Shown: piece after piece, positions 23,101 to 37,766 of the stretch
Numbering within the stretch: position 1 is the first letter of the stretch
Layout of the letters: every line of letters starts with the position of its first letter
NCBI GenBank assembly: GCA_034226945.1
Contig: CP120456.1
Span: 124,001-188,000, forward strand
Direction: 5' to 3'
Source: Picochlorum sp. SENEW3
Taxonomy: Eukaryota
Length of the DNA stretch: 64,000 nucleotides
Notes under the pieces: model-generated
The model's input: only the letters and a program-made list of their open reading frames with translations
Database searches by the model: none
What the model was told of the DNA's origin: nothing
Translations under genes and position numbers: made by a program

Positions 23101-26100
23101 ATTATCTGGCCACTAATTCGTTCGTATCCAAAGCAGCTCGCATTCTGATATCAGCAACAGGAGGATCCCCGCCATTTGGTGACAAGCCTGCAGTGAAGGG
23201 AACAATGTCTCTGTCGCCCCAAACGTATTCATTCTTCTTTCCTATTCCCAAAGCGATTTTAAGGTGCGTGTTTCCGAGTGCGCAGTTTGACTATATATGC
23301 TGGCATGACCTCAATATATTTCCCATACAATCTGCAGATCAAATAGGCCAACAGAATTACATCAGAGTCTTTTGGAGTATGTCGAACTCCATGCAAATGT
23401 TCAGAATCAAACAATATCCATATTGGAAGAATCTAGGCTCATATTTCATGTGCTTGAGGTCGTTCCAGCATTCAGAGCGTTGGCACAAGAGCTTTTGACC
23501 AAATTCTGTGTGGAGGGGGATGATCCTTCAACTATCTTTGAAGCAGTCATTCAGGGAGTTTTGCTCTCACAATCATCTTCTCGCCTTGCAGCACTTACGT
23601 CTATAGAAAAGGCATTAGATAGATTGCCGAGTGCAAAGATTGCAGAGCCATCCCTTGCCCTGACGTGGATTGCTGCAAATGATGTGGCATCAGAGCCATG
23701 TGATGTAGGCAAAATCGTCTGGGAAGCGGTAAATAGGGAGCCTTCCTTCGATCTGGTGAAGGAAATTTTGAAGCATTGCTCGAATGAATTTCATGATGTT
23801 CGCAAATCAGCCTGCAAAGCCCTTGGCAATCTAGTATGCATCTTGAAATCTACTCACCCAGGGATTGAGAACACGACGCTCTTATCAGTCACCTCTGATT
23901 TATACTCACGCAACACTTTAATTCGCAAGAGAATCGGAGTTGCAGAAGCTCTCTCTGCGCTTGGCCCAGCTTTGGGAAAAAGTGAGACGTTCGCATCACT
24001 TGAATTTTTGTTGTCGTCTGGATTCCTTGATCCAGATGCTGGAGTCAGGGATTTGATGATGGAAGCAGGTGTTTCAATCATTGATGCTGCTGGTGAAAGC
24101 AGTGCTGAAGCGATTTTGCCAGTGTTTGAGAAGTATTTAGATAAGCCAACCGACAATAGTCTCTCAGAAAGTGAATATGATAATGTCAGACTCGGTTCGG
24201 TTGTTTGCATAGCTGCTGCAGCTCAGCACTTAGATCCTGAGAACCCAAAGGTTGTGTCAATTGTGGAAATACTACTGGATGTGTTGCGCACTCCATCAGA
24301 GTCTGTTCAAAGGTCAGTATCAGATAGGCTTCCTCCTCTCATCAAGTCGCTGGGTAAAACCAACAAGTCGTACGTCGAGGACACCGTATCAAAACTACTG
24401 CACAACTGTTTAGAAGGTGAGACGTATGGCGACAGGAGAGGAGGTGCGTATGGGTTGTCTGGCTGCGTGAAAGGGCTTGGTTTGTCAAGTTTACGGGCAT
24501 ATGGCATCATGGAGGCTTTGAAAACGGGTGTTGAAAACAAAAAGGACCAAAAGTCAAGAGAGGGGGCTCTAATTGCCTTTGAATGTTTGTCTAGCAAATT
24601 GGGAAGATTATTTGAGCCGTATGTGATTCAAATATTGCCTATGCTGCTATCATCACTCGGAGATGGCAAAGTTGAGGTGAGAGAGGCAGCAGATGCTGCA
24701 TCCCGAGTTATAATGTCCCAGCTGACTGCCCAAGGTGTGAAGTTGGTTTTACCTTCATTACTTGGTGGAGCAGAGGAGAAGCAATGGAGAGCAAAGCAAG
24801 GCTCCATACAACTTCTTGGCTCAATGGCATACTGTGCACCAAAGCAATTGTCTTCCTGCTTGCCTCAGATTGTACCAGTTTTGGGAGAGGCATTAGCAGA
24901 CCCTCACCCGAAGGTTTCTTCAGCAGCAAAAGATGCCATGGACGAAGTAGGATCAGTAATTAAGAACCCAGAGATTGCAAAACTTGTTCCAGTTCTCATG
25001 TCAGCCCTCGCAGATCCAAACAAATACAACAAAAAGGCATTGGATACACTTCTAAGTACAATTTTCGTGAACACGGTGGATTCTGCATCATTAGTACGTT
25101 TTTCAGGGTGGCTGGTTGTTGTCGGATTTCACATGAAACTATACTGACCCCATTTTGTTTTTTGTAGGCTCTTATTATTCCAGTTGTTCACCGGGGTCTC
25201 AAAGACAGATCTGGAGATATTAAAAAGAGGGCAGCTAGAATCGTAGGCAATCTTTGCACTCTGATGAATGATCCAAAAGACATGTCTCCGTACTTGCCGA
25301 GCCTTATGCCCGAGTTAAAGGATGCCTTGATTGACCCACTGCCAGAAGTTCGAGGAGCTGCAGCAAAGGCCTTGGGTTCCCTCACAAAAGGTATGGCTGG
25401 TCTAGAGGCAACTACTGCTGTCGACATCACACCTTGGCTCCTGGAGACAATGAGATCTGAAAATTCATCAGTAGAAAGAAGTGGAGCTGCGCAAGGCCTT
25501 GCAGAGGTATTGGCAGTCAAAGGTCCAACCTTACTGGATGAAATTCTACCAAGAATATTTGAAGATAGCAGTTCCAGGTCTGCGGCCACCCGTGAGGGCA
25601 GCATTACATTATTCAAGTATCTACCACATTGCATGCCTGATGAATTCCAAAAATATCTGCCTGATATGTTGCCATGTGTGTTGGGTGGTTTGGCAGATGA
25701 GTCGGAGGGTGTTCGAGAGGCTTCGTTTGCTGCTGGCTCCGTGGCTGTGGACTTGTATGCAAAGTCATCCCTACCCCTTGTTCTTCCTGCCGTGGAATTA
25801 GGAGCTGCAGATGCTAACTGGAGAATAAGACAGTCTTCTGTGGAACTTTTAGGGGATCTTCTGTTCAAAGTAGCAGGGACTAGCGGTAGAATACAACAAG
25901 ACCTGCATGATGAAGAGGGTGAGGGCATATCTGTGGAAGCCCATGGACAGGCAATAATTGAAGTTCTAGGACTAGAAAGGTATGATTGGTTCTTATAACG
26001 ACTTCAAATACTGATTATCAAGTAATGTTCCTATTGTTTCAATCGTTTACAGGAGGAATGACGTGTTAGCCAGGCTCTATCTTGCACGAACTGATGTTGC

Positions 26101-28477
26101 ATATACTGTTAGATCAGCGGCCCTCCACGTCTGGAAAACTATCGTCACCAATACACCCAAGACGCTCGTGGAGATTTTACCAATTCTGATGACACGGGTA
26201 ATATCGGGTCTTTCTGGTGATGGCGAAGAACAAAGAATATCGGCCGGCCAATGCTTGGGGGAACTCGTCAAGAAACTTGGCGAGCGCGTCCTGCCCCAAA
26301 TAGTACCAATCCTGATCGATGGAGCACATGCCGAGGATCCTCTTACGAGGGTTGGAGTTTGCAATGGAATCAGAGAAGTGGCATCTAATGCATCAAAGAC
26401 CCAGCTTGCGGAGCATATGGCAGACCTGTTGACAGAAATTCAGAGACTGTTGTGTGATGAAGATGAGAGAGTCCGCCAGGCGGCCGGAGGGGCCCTGGAA
26501 ATTATGTTCAAAACAGGAGGTGGATCAGCGGCAGAATCTGTCATTCCATCCTTGCTTTCAGGTCTCCATGGTAGCGAGGAGAAAGCTAACAAGTCACTTG
26601 AAGGTCTCAGAGTTGTCTTGGGCGTTAGACCTCAGCTTTTGAGCGCAATGGTTCCAAAGCTTGTGGAGCCCCCAATGTCACAAACAGACGTCGTTGCCTT
26701 GGGTGCACTCTCAGAAGTCGCAGGAGGTTCAATTCACACCTTTTTGTCCAAAATACTGCCTCCACTCTTCAGCCTGATGGAAGAACACGATGAAATGGTA
26801 GAAGCAACAACCAAGACTTTGCTATCTGTCTCAACATCTGTTGAAGAAGATGGACTGCACTTGCTCATCTCACAAATCAATAGAGGGTTTGACACACCAG
26901 ATACAGTATATGGATCATGTGTTGCCGTGCGGCTTTTCTGTAGGAACACCAGCCTTGACTTCCAGGAACATATTGGTGGTCTATTGAGTACTCTGGTGCC
27001 TCTCTTGGCAGATGATTCTTCCGAGAAGAACCTTATGGCCGCGTGGGAAGCCTTATCTGCTGTGACAGGATCTATTCCAAAGGAGATGGCGCCATCATTT
27101 GTCAGAGCATTGAAGGACGCCGTGGCTGCTGCGAAAGACAGGGCCATTCGGTTGAGAGGTAAAGCCGGCAGTGCAGGAGATGTCACTCTCCCCGGCCTTG
27201 TCTTGCCAAAGGCTCTATCTCCATTCATCCCTATCTATCTCCAAGGTGTCCTTCAGGGATCAAGTGCAGAGCTTCGAGAATTGGCAGCTGAGGGCATTGG
27301 TGAGCTCGTTGAACTCACAGACGCTGCCACCCTCAAGCCATTTGTGATTCAAATAACAGGTCCCCTCATCAGAATTGTTGGTGATCGCTTCCCGCCTCAA
27401 ACAAAGACAGCGATACTGCGCACAATGGGAATAATGATGGAAAAGGGAGGTGTTGCACTGAGGCCATTTATTCCCCAGCTTCAGACGACATTTGTTAAAT
27501 GCCTGCCAGATGCATCTCGGGATGTGAGGCTGCAAGGAGCAGCCAACTTGGGCACATTATCACGAATGGCGCCTCGTCTGGACCAGCTTGTCTCGGATAT
27601 TTCATCAAATTGTATCTCTGCAGAAATAACACAGAAGGAAGCCTATTTGTGCGCTCTTGCTGCTATTCTGGAGGAATCAGGGGATAAACTCAAGGATGAG
27701 ACACAGGACAAGGTTTCAGAAGCCATTGTTGAAGGAGCAACCACAGCTATCGATATGGAGCAGGAGAATACCATCAAAGCAGCTGCCAAAGCACTTGGAA
27801 AGTACTCTTTACACTGCTCAGACTCTGAATTCGATCGTATCATGCATTATGACGGATTCGGCCCACTCCATCTCCCAGGCACGAGCCTTGGATCCAGACT
27901 CTGCACAGCACTCCTTGCCTCCGACGTTGCACGAATCGCTTCCAGTAGGCTGCAAAAAGATACAACACTTCCTGAATTTCTCAAAACAATCACTGCGCTA
28001 TCAAAGGATGTGTCTGTGGATGTTCGAATGACTGCAGCAATCAGTGCAGGCAGAGTCGTCATTTCAGAAATCCGGGCCTCTTCTCAGGATACCTCGGAGT
28101 CTTTATCTCAAATAATCAACATCATCGTGGCTCATTTGGGTCCAGACCAACACGTGGAGGTACAGAAGCAGGCATTATCTGTATTACGAGGCATTGCCTC
28201 TGAATGCCCCACTGCCTTGGAGCCATACTTTGTCTCCCTCATTCCAACAGTCATTTCCACCAGCAAGGAAAGCACGGGGGCTACGAAACTAGCAGCAGAA
28301 AGAACCTTGGCCAAAGTACTGCAGTTACAATCAGGAGACACACTCGCCACTGCCTACCTGGCCACGCCAAACATAGGGCCAGTAGCTAAACAAACATTAA
28401 ACGAGTCCTATCTACGCCGCCTTGTCAGAATTAGTGACACTGATGTGGATGACTTGATCGATTATACAATCATGTAA
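20190..28477 (+). CDS. GCN1: GCN1/ILITYHIA HEAT-repeat activator of eIF2-alpha kinase; exons approx. 20190-20271, 20446-23263, 23338-25093, 25168-25979, 26053-28477
   Basis: GCN1-typical segments RRGGAYGLSGCVKGLG, LGRLFEPYVIQILP, WRAKQGSIQLLGSMAYCAPKQLS, WRIRQSSVELLGDLLFKVAG and ITGPLIRIVGDRF. Four GT-AG introns restore one frame. Confidence 0.93.
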
Positions 28478-28657
28478 TGATACTTCACCGTACAATTGTC
28501 GATTCATTGATGCATGATACATCAAAATATCCAAACAAGGGAAATGCTCAAGTATCATTTTGGAGCATGTCGGTGTATTGCCATATGGCATGCATGCTGA
28601 TGTACCAAAACCATGAGAAAGAAATGAGATGATATATGTTATGCGTCTGTTCAGTTG

Positions 28658-29746
28658 ATGCCCTCATCACCTCTCATGGAAACGAGCTCGTCTCCAGAGG
28701 ACGACCTTGGGGGGAGTTTTACCTATGGAAGGTGGTACGATCCCACGGCTCCCCGGATAGGGAAGAGACTGTGGAATTTTGAAGTTGAAATGAAAGACTC
28801 TGGGGGCAATTTCACATACAGTGACTGGAGAAGGCACCAATCGTGGCTGAGATATCTCCTTCGACCCGTCCCATTGTGTCGCTCGCTGTATCAGGAGCTT
28901 CCGCTGCTGCTCATGGTGACGGCTGTCACTGTGTTTGCGGGTCTTTATTATGATTTGCTACAATCGAAGCGTGAGGGTTGGCTAGTTCTCGTCAGTTCCC
29001 GGTACTTTCTTCCGTACTATTACCTGAGTGTGCCTCTGTCCTTGTTGCTCGTTTTCAAAACCAATACGTGTTTTGATAGATGGTGGGAAGCTCGAACAAA
29101 CCTTGGTGAGCAGCAGAATCATCTGAGGAATGCTGCCAGATTAACGTGCGCTTGGATTTGGCCCCAGGCACCAGAACTAGCATCTCATATTGTACGTTTG
29201 ATGTCAGTCCTGGCACCTGCCTCAGGTGCCTGGTTCTTGCACGATATCGATGTGTTGCTCAAGCATGCAGACGCTTTGTCTCCAAATGAGTTGCGTTACG
29301 TGATTGAATCTGACCAACCTCCAGTCGCAGTTGGGGCGATGATATCACAATACTTGAAAATGTCATCCCTGGACAGGTTTGAGAGGATTGCCATAGAGGA
29401 CGAGTTGGGAAAATTCATGAACACCTTGGGTGCTTTAAATCGTTTGTCAACGATGCCTGTATATCTGTCATACAGTAGAAACTGCGTGAGGAATACCATG
29501 TGGTTTTTGTTTGGATTGCCATTTGCATTGTGGGAGAGTATGAGCTGGATGACACTTGTTGCTGTGATTGGAACAACAGTATTGCTCGCGAGCATAGAAA
29601 ACATAGGGACGCAGATTGAACAACCTCTTTTAGTACTTCCAGTAGAGAGAATAACTGGAAACACCCGGCGACATGTTGAGGCGACACTCAACTCAGCCTT
29701 GCACCTTGGTCCACCCATCACCAAGGTACACACGACAAATAAATAA
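28658..29746 (+). CDS. Bestrophin-like (UPF0187/VCCN-type) anion channel, divergent
   Basis: LSLLLVFKTNTCFDRWWEAR and IENIGTQIEQP, with several TM segments. Confidence 0.8.
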   Translation: MPSSPLMETSSSPEDDLGGSFTYGRWYDPTAPRIGKRLWNFEVEMKDSGGNFTYSDWRRHQSWLRYLLRPVPLCRSLYQELPLLLMVTAVTVFAGLYYDLLQSKREGWLVLVSSRYFLPYYYLSVPLSLLLVFKTNTCFDRWWEARTNLGEQQNHLRNAARLTCAWIWPQAPELASHIVRLMSVLAPASGAWFLHDIDVLLKHADALSPNELRYVIESDQPPVAVGAMISQYLKMSSLDRFERIAIEDELGKFMNTLGALNRLSTMPVYLSYSRNCVRNTMWFLFGLPFALWESMSWMTLVAVIGTTVLLASIENIGTQIEQPLLVLPVERITGNTRRHVEATLNSALHLGPPITKVHTTNK

Positions 29747-29798
29747 CCAGGATTTCAAACATTAATTACATCAATAGACAACAGTATAGTATTAATTA

Positions 29799-30230
29799 TT
29801 AATCCATAACCTCTGCCAGCAATTCCTCCTCTTCAATCACTCGCACACTCACATCACTCTCTGGAATCGAAATGCACAGCAACGCATACCCCTTCTCCTG
29901 TACATCATCCCTCAACATACCAGCAGACTGATCCACCTCCCCAGAGGTAATCTTTGCAGCACAATTCATACACACACCCAGTTTGCAATCATGGGGCATA
30001 TCAAGCCCCTGATCCAGGGCAACAGACAAGATGCTCTCTCCCTCTGGAACGTCCAAGGTGGTCACGTCACCATTCTGCATCTGCAGGTCAACCTTATACG
30101 AACTCCTTGTCTGAACAGCCAGACGAGTAGTAACATTCTTTCGCATCGCCATACTATCAGGGAAGCGTCTCCCAGGTCCACCAGACATGATTCCCATTGA
30201 AGTCTTCTCCAATGCCGCCACGGACATCAT
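29799..30230 (-). CDS. Plastid [2Fe-2S] ferredoxin, FdC1-like
   Basis: Transit-peptide-like N-terminus, then PHDCKLGVCMNCAAK...GMLRDDVQEKGYALLC...EEELL. Confidence 0.88.
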   Translation of the reverse strand: MMSVAALEKTSMGIMSGGPGRRFPDSMAMRKNVTTRLAVQTRSSYKVDLQMQNGDVTTLDVPEGESILSVALDQGLDMPHDCKLGVCMNCAAKITSGEVDQSAGMLRDDVQEKGYALLCISIPESDVSVRVIEEEELLAEVMD

Positions 30231-30460
30231 CCTTCTCCTTGTATTTTTTCTCTACTCCGATTACTACAGTTGAAAATGAAAATAGTGTGTTAAAATTTAT
30301 TGTATGACGCAATCGGGTGGATGGCACAACCTGTGAACAGCCCTTCGCCCGAGGACCTCATCCAGATAGACTGCCGCAGTCTCAGCGCTGAGCGTGCATA
30401 TTAAAACAATAAAAAAACTGGGCACTGTCTACACAACACACAAGAGGCAAGTTGCATGGT

Positions 30461-30505
30461 ACAATTTCCATCCGTTCATTCAATGGTGGTGTTGAATAAC
30501 ACCAG
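30461..30505 (-). promoter_or_regulatory. H2A 3' stem-loop plus downstream TGGAAAT element
   Basis: Minus strand reads CTGGTGTT-ATTC-AACACC-ACCATTGAATGAACGGA-TGGAAATTGT. Confidence 0.85.
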
Positions 30506-30563
30506 TTGTTTTGATAGTTTGATGCTGTAGTGATACTACTACTGCAGTCCATGAGTGGATCAT

Positions 30564-30959
30564 TTAAAACTCCTGAGACATGGATCCAGACTTCTTTCCA
30601 CTCTTCTTTGGGAGAAGAACAGCGTGGATGTTTGGCAACACACCTCCCTCGGCAATGGTGACACCAGCCAAGAGCTTGCTCAACTCCTCATCGTTTCTGA
30701 CAGCAAGCTGAATGTGCCTTGGCACAATTCTGGTCTTCTTGTTGTCACGAGCAGCGTTACCTGCGAGCTCGAGAACCTCAGCTGCCAAGTACTCGAGGAC
30801 GGCAGCAAGGTACACTGGGGCACCAGCTCCAATTCTCTCAGCATAGCGTCCCTTCTTGAGGTATCTGGCCACACGACCAACTGGGAACTGAAGCCCAGCC
30901 TTGGCTGACTTGGTCATAGACTTCTTGCCAGAAGACTTTCCTTTTCCACGTCCAGACAT
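30564..30959 (-). CDS. H2A: Histone H2A with C-terminal SQEF (H2A.X-type) motif
   Basis: [25 protein letters not shown] and VRNDEEL. The protein ends SMSQEF*. Confidence 0.98.
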   Translation of the reverse strand: MSGRGKGKSSGKKSMTKSAKAGLQFPVGRVARYLKKGRYAERIGAGAPVYLAAVLEYLAAEVLELAGNAARDNKKTRIVPRHIQLAVRNDEELSKLLAGVTIAEGGVLPNIHAVLLPKKSGKKSGSMSQEF

Positions 30960-31274
30960 GATGTTGTGTTATTGATTGGTATAAAAACGAGAGATAAAAT
31001 GTATTCAATAGTTTTAGAATGTTTGTGTTGGTATGGCTGCGGCATTATTTCTAACCAGACCTCGACACCGTCGCATGGGAACAAGGCCTCGGAGGCCAAG
31101 GATGGGGTGGACCCAGATACTTCACGTATCCAGGATTGATGTCATCCTCGAACGCGGAGTCCCTCGTCACCATTTCACGACCAGTTTTCGATTCAATGAG
31201 CGAGCTATCTGTGACAAGACAGTCTTATTGTGAAATAATAATCACTCAGTGAATCACAACTACTATCAACGACA

Positions 31275-31695
31275 ATGGCTCCAACATCTGCTAAGAAACC
31301 AGGAAAGACCGTCAAGGACGGAAAGAAGGCCAAAAAGTCAGTGGAGAGCTACAAGCTCTACATCTTCAAGGTGCTCAAGCAGGTGCACCCAGACACTGGA
31401 ATCTCTTCCAAGGCCATGGCTATCTTGAACTCTTTCATTGCTGACCAGTTCGAGAAGATTGCCTCCCAGGCTGCTCAGGTAGGTGAAGGTTTCACATGAA
31501 TTACATTCTCAACTGAACAGTCCTCTGACATACATGTATTATCTACATCTGATGCAGTTGTCTCGCGTCAACAAGAAGCCAACCTTGACATCCCGCGAAA
31601 TCCAGACCGCTGTGCGCTTGGTCCTCCCAGGAGAGCTTGCCAAGCATGCCGTGTCTGAGGGAACCAAGGCTGTGACCAAGTTCACCTCTGCCTAA
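31275..31695 (+). CDS. H2B: Histone H2B; exons 31275-31478 and 31558-31695 (79-nt intron)
   Basis: [17 protein letters not shown]...[45 protein letters not shown]. The intron reads GTAGGT...TGCAG. Confidence 0.97.
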
Positions 31696-31719
31696 GCGCA
31701 TTGCTGAAATATATACATA

Positions 31720-31757
31720 CTGGTGTTATTCAACACCACCATATCAACAATTGGAAT
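31720..31757 (+). promoter_or_regulatory. H2B 3' stem-loop plus downstream TGGAAT element
   Basis: CTGGTGTT-ATTC-AACACC-ACCATATCAACAAT-TGGAATG. Confidence 0.85.
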
Positions 31758-31883
31758 GCGACTCGATAAACTGTTCAAGCTTCTCCATACTTCATGAAGT
31801 ACTTGTTGTATAATAATCGCCACTCTTCAATTCTTTGTATCATGTACTAGACATACATTCATTCATCTTGTAAGAAACATCAA

Positions 31884-31918
<35 letters not shown>
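31884..31918. repeat. Compound (AC)n(AT)n microsatellite between the H2B and H4 3' ends
   Basis: An ACACAC run followed directly by an ATATAT run. Confidence 0.9.
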
Positions 31919-31952
31919 ACCCATGTGACACAAGCAAAAAAGAACAGCCAGA

Positions 31953-31998
31953 ACAATTTCCAAATGAGTGTATAATGGTGGTGTTGAATAAACACCAG
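31953..31998 (-). promoter_or_regulatory. H4 3' stem-loop plus downstream TGGAAAT element
   Basis: Minus strand reads CTGGTGTT-TATTC-AACACC-ACCATTATACACTCATT-TGGAAATTGT. Confidence 0.85.
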
Positions 31999-32066
31999 TG
32001 ATTGTTGAAAAATGATTGTTGCGCAGCTGCTGGAGCAATACCAGGCTGCAGACGCCTCGGAGACGT

Positions 32067-32426
<360 letters not shown>

Positions 32427-32721
32427 TTATATTTGAGTGTCTGAGCAGAGGGCAGAGCCTGAGAGTTGAGTAGTCTTCAGCTGGCCGAAAGACTCGCCAT
32501 TGTGAGGGTCCGGGGTCAGGAAATTTATGTATCCGGGTATCGGGTAATAGGCAACATAGACAGATCTGTCTTTCTAAAAGAGGGCCTGACCGGCCTTGCT
32601 TACCGCATACCCAGATACGTGAATCCGCCCAATCGCGCCAATTTTCATTGAGGTCTCCGTTGTCCATATAACCCGGCCCCGTCTCCGGCCTAGGCAGTAT
32701 CAAATACTACTTGAATCTTAA

Positions 32722-33144
<423 letters not shown>

Positions 33145-33241
33145 GCTTTACTCTTCTTTTCTTCTGGAGGTGGAGATTGACAGTCTGCTGCTGCTGGTTA
33201 TGCCGGCGAGAGACTACTGACTTTGACAAATTATATTCATA

Positions 33242-33286
33242 CTGGTGTTATTCAACACCACCATATTGTGATGATGGAAATATTGT
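33242..33286 (+). promoter_or_regulatory. H3 3' stem-loop plus downstream TGGAAAT element
   Basis: CTGGTGTT-ATTC-AACACC-ACCATATTGTGATGA-TGGAAATATTGT. Confidence 0.85.
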
Positions 33287-33474
33287 TTCTTTTGACAACC
33301 ATGTATGTATGTGTGTGAACATTTGTCCTTTGATCAAAGGATCCCCAGCAAGTTTCTAGTCCAAACTTTAAGGGTGTGTCTGCATTCAACTGGTCAAATA
33401 TTTTATAGATTTTTCAACTCTTGTGTTAAAGACATTCGATAGTACCTGTACCATGCGTGATTTGAATGCAAGAT

Positions 33475-34225
33475 ATGGCGACTAGAGAAGAAAAAACGTA
33501 CATGTGCGACATGCGCGACTGTGAATTTCAATCTGCTCTCGTATGCGATACTGATAAGACCTCATTTTTTGCTTGAATTGTTTTGATGCAGATATTATTG
33601 CAAATATAGCGGGAATCATGCGCTGACCACAAATGTCAATCTTGCTACAGCACAGAGAAGGAGAACAGACCATTCGCTCATCATCGATACGCAGGGTTCT
33701 GGAGTGGTGGTGAAACTGTATGCCAAGGATGGGGTGGATGTGGTGTATGTGAAGCGGGAGAATGGTGGAACAGAGAGGCAGTATAGGGTGATGATGGATG
33801 ATGTTCCAATTGGGTACAGGACTGAACCTCATGGAAACATGTTGTACATATTTGATGATGCATTGACAACGTATGCGACGGTTGATGCCATGGATGGGGA
33901 AGATATGCCTCCTGTGCCTCCTTGTATTGCCTACGATGAAGGGCGTGGGTGTACCAGAGTGACATTGCAGGTGGTTGATGGAGGGAAAAAGCAGGCTGTT
34001 TTGAAGATTTCAGCGGATAGTGTGTGCATACAGTTGAAGGAGAGTATTATAAGTAATAGTGGGATTGACGAATTGATGGAATATGTGAGGGAGATGTTGG
34101 GTGTGTCATTGGGACGTTTAGGACTGCAGCAGGGTCATGATCCAAAGGAGAAATTCCTCCATGTCACCGGAATGGGGGCTGTCGAGGTGTTTGATCGGTT
34201 GCGGGCGCATTTAAAGAATGAATGA
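33475..34225 (+). CDS. CXorf56/STEEP1-like N-terminal domain fused to a UPF0235 (DUF167)-like domain (plant At5g63440-type); exons 33475-33497 and 33592-34225
   Basis: Spliced product MATREEKTYYCKYSGNHALTTNVNL...RRRTDHSLIID...KRENGGTERQYR...YIFDDAL, then PVPPCI...ISADSV...ELMEYVREMLG. Confidence 0.72.
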
Positions 34226-34298
34226 GTGCTGTTTGATTAGATTACAAACAAATTCTGAATATTCATTGTTATGATACATTGAGCTTTTATTGAATGGT

Positions 34299-35610
<1,312 letters not shown>

Positions 35611-36175
35611 CTTGAATATCTAAATTACAAATTCAAATGCCTGCAATGCCGTTTCCACACCTACAGACACAGAAGAAGACTCATCAGAATGTGGCAAAAC
35701 GAGACACAAATGTCGAGGACCAGAAACACCAGTCAAAAGCACTCAGTGCTCCCGCATATCAAATAAAATATAAATTAAAGGACTATGAAGGCAGTCCAAG
35801 TCAGATATAGCAACCGGGGGGCAAAACACCCTGGTGCGTGTGGTTCTCGAATCTCAAACCCGATCACAGACTTTTGCATTCAAACAAGTAATACGTACGT
35901 GACTGCTATTGAAATTGACAATAGTTTTGAAATATATAGTTACTAATTGATTTAGAATGCCATTCGACAAGGACTTGGAGGTTCTACAACCATAATCAAC
36001 TGTCCAGATTTCTTAAATTGACATTTTTTTGCTCATGACTCCATGCATGGAGACCATATGGTCCATGGAGTACTACTGGCGAGTAGCCCAACACCGGCCG
36101 GTGGTCATGTCGTGCATCTATACTGTCATGGACACATCATGCCCAAAACGCAGCCTCCTGCATACAAAATTCTAC

Positions 36176-37588
36176 TCACTGATCCTGATCATCCGACAGC
36201 TCTGAGACATGTGAGTGGATATCATCCAAACGATGGGCAGCAGTGACTGCAGCAAATGGTGGAGCCAGGGCCACCTTTTCCTCATCCTCTTGGACTTCTT
36301 GTGGATGCATGTTTCTCTTGTTATGCTCCAGTTCAGAAGGAGACGGAGATTCGACCCACATTCTCAAATGTTTATTGATTAATTCAAACGAGGTGAATGT
36401 GACTGCTGCTGCTGGTGTGGTTCTCAGTAAGTTGGTGAGGCACCCTTGATAAAATCCTAGCAATCCACCCTCGGTGATGATTGTTCTACATGTTGACGCG
36501 AGGCCTGAAAAGGCTCCAGATCCAGAGACGTGCATTCTAGACCGAACAACCTCATGAGGATAGGTTGCAGTGGATGCCACCATTTTACTTGCTGCTGAGG
36601 TGAAGACTAATTCCGGCCTGCACAAGACATAGAAGATCATGTGAATACTACTCTTCTTCTTCACAATACAATATGCATCATATGACAACGTACAATGTGA
36701 GTTCTCCATCGCTCTTTGGATCCTGTGCTATCCGTCTGTTTGATATTTCTTTCTTCAAACTCTCATACAAGGGAAATTGAATAACAACATGCATGACTCC
36801 AAACAATGATGGCCCTAATCCACTGTATAATCCAGATATACCCTCTTCTTTTGTTATTCTTCTCAGGGCATCAATTGTCCCCTTGTAATGCACCGTATTA
36901 TTCTTGCTACCCATACTAATACCTAACGTTTGCGTCTGAAGCCTCGTCTTCACAACCCACAATGGATTTGTTATTAACATTGTTGCCGCACCAGCACCTG
37001 CTGCAGCAATCATATGCACCCCTGGGCCTGTACTAGAGTTTGGAGAGAGCCTCATTCCCACAGCTGACTTTAACCGTTCATACACAGTAAAGTACACCGC
37101 CCAATTCGGCAGTAAAGCGAATAATGTAGGGTTCAGACCTCGATATAATCCTCGAGCCCCTTCATCTCTGAGTATTTTAGATAATCCACCTGCAGACACA
37201 CAGACAGTATATGGCCGTGATGGTGGCTGCCTTTTTGTGATTTTCGCAAACGATACCATACCTCCAATGCCCTGATGGGCCAACGCTGCTCTGCTTTGTA
37301 CTTGTAGCCTAGTTTTCAATACATCCAGAGGGCATACGACAGTAGCCGTGATAGCACCTGCAGAGACACTCAACCAACGAGTAACCCTCTGTTCTCATCA
37401 TTCACGGATGCATCCATCCAATTCATGGCATACCTGCTATCCCTCCAGCTATGGCAGTGGATATTTCAGGATCATTTCGCAATCCTCGCTGCAGGGGCAG
37501 ACATGTGAACACGAGTGAGTGAGGTCAAGATGTCAGTCATCCGTCCAGAAAACGCATCTCGTACCCTGATCCTGTCAAGAAGATCCAT
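36176..37588 (-). CDS. NDT1: Mitochondrial carrier family NAD+ transporter (NDT1/2-like), multi-exon
   Basis: Three carrier repeats CPLDVLKTRLQ, NPLWVVKTRLQ and YPHEVVRSRM, plus ALLPNWAVYF and RTTPAAAVTFTSFE. Short upstream exons start from ATG 37588. Confidence 0.85.
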
Positions 37589-37766
37589 AACAATCAATCT
37601 GATTTGAGTGCCAACACCATCTGGGCACAGAGCTCAAAGACACGCAGTCTGCTTTTGCTGGTGGCACTGGCGGAGTTGTTTTCTTGGACCAGAGGGAGAG
37701 ATTTTAATGGTTCACGTGGATGGTAAGATTGTTATTACAGTTGTATTTAAAATTCTTTCATACCCA

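Noticed and set aside
20361..28477. Frame changes in GCN1 (and likewise BLTP2, UTP14, NDT1) as pseudogenisation
   Set aside because: The breaks I checked are bridged by in-phase GT-AG introns.
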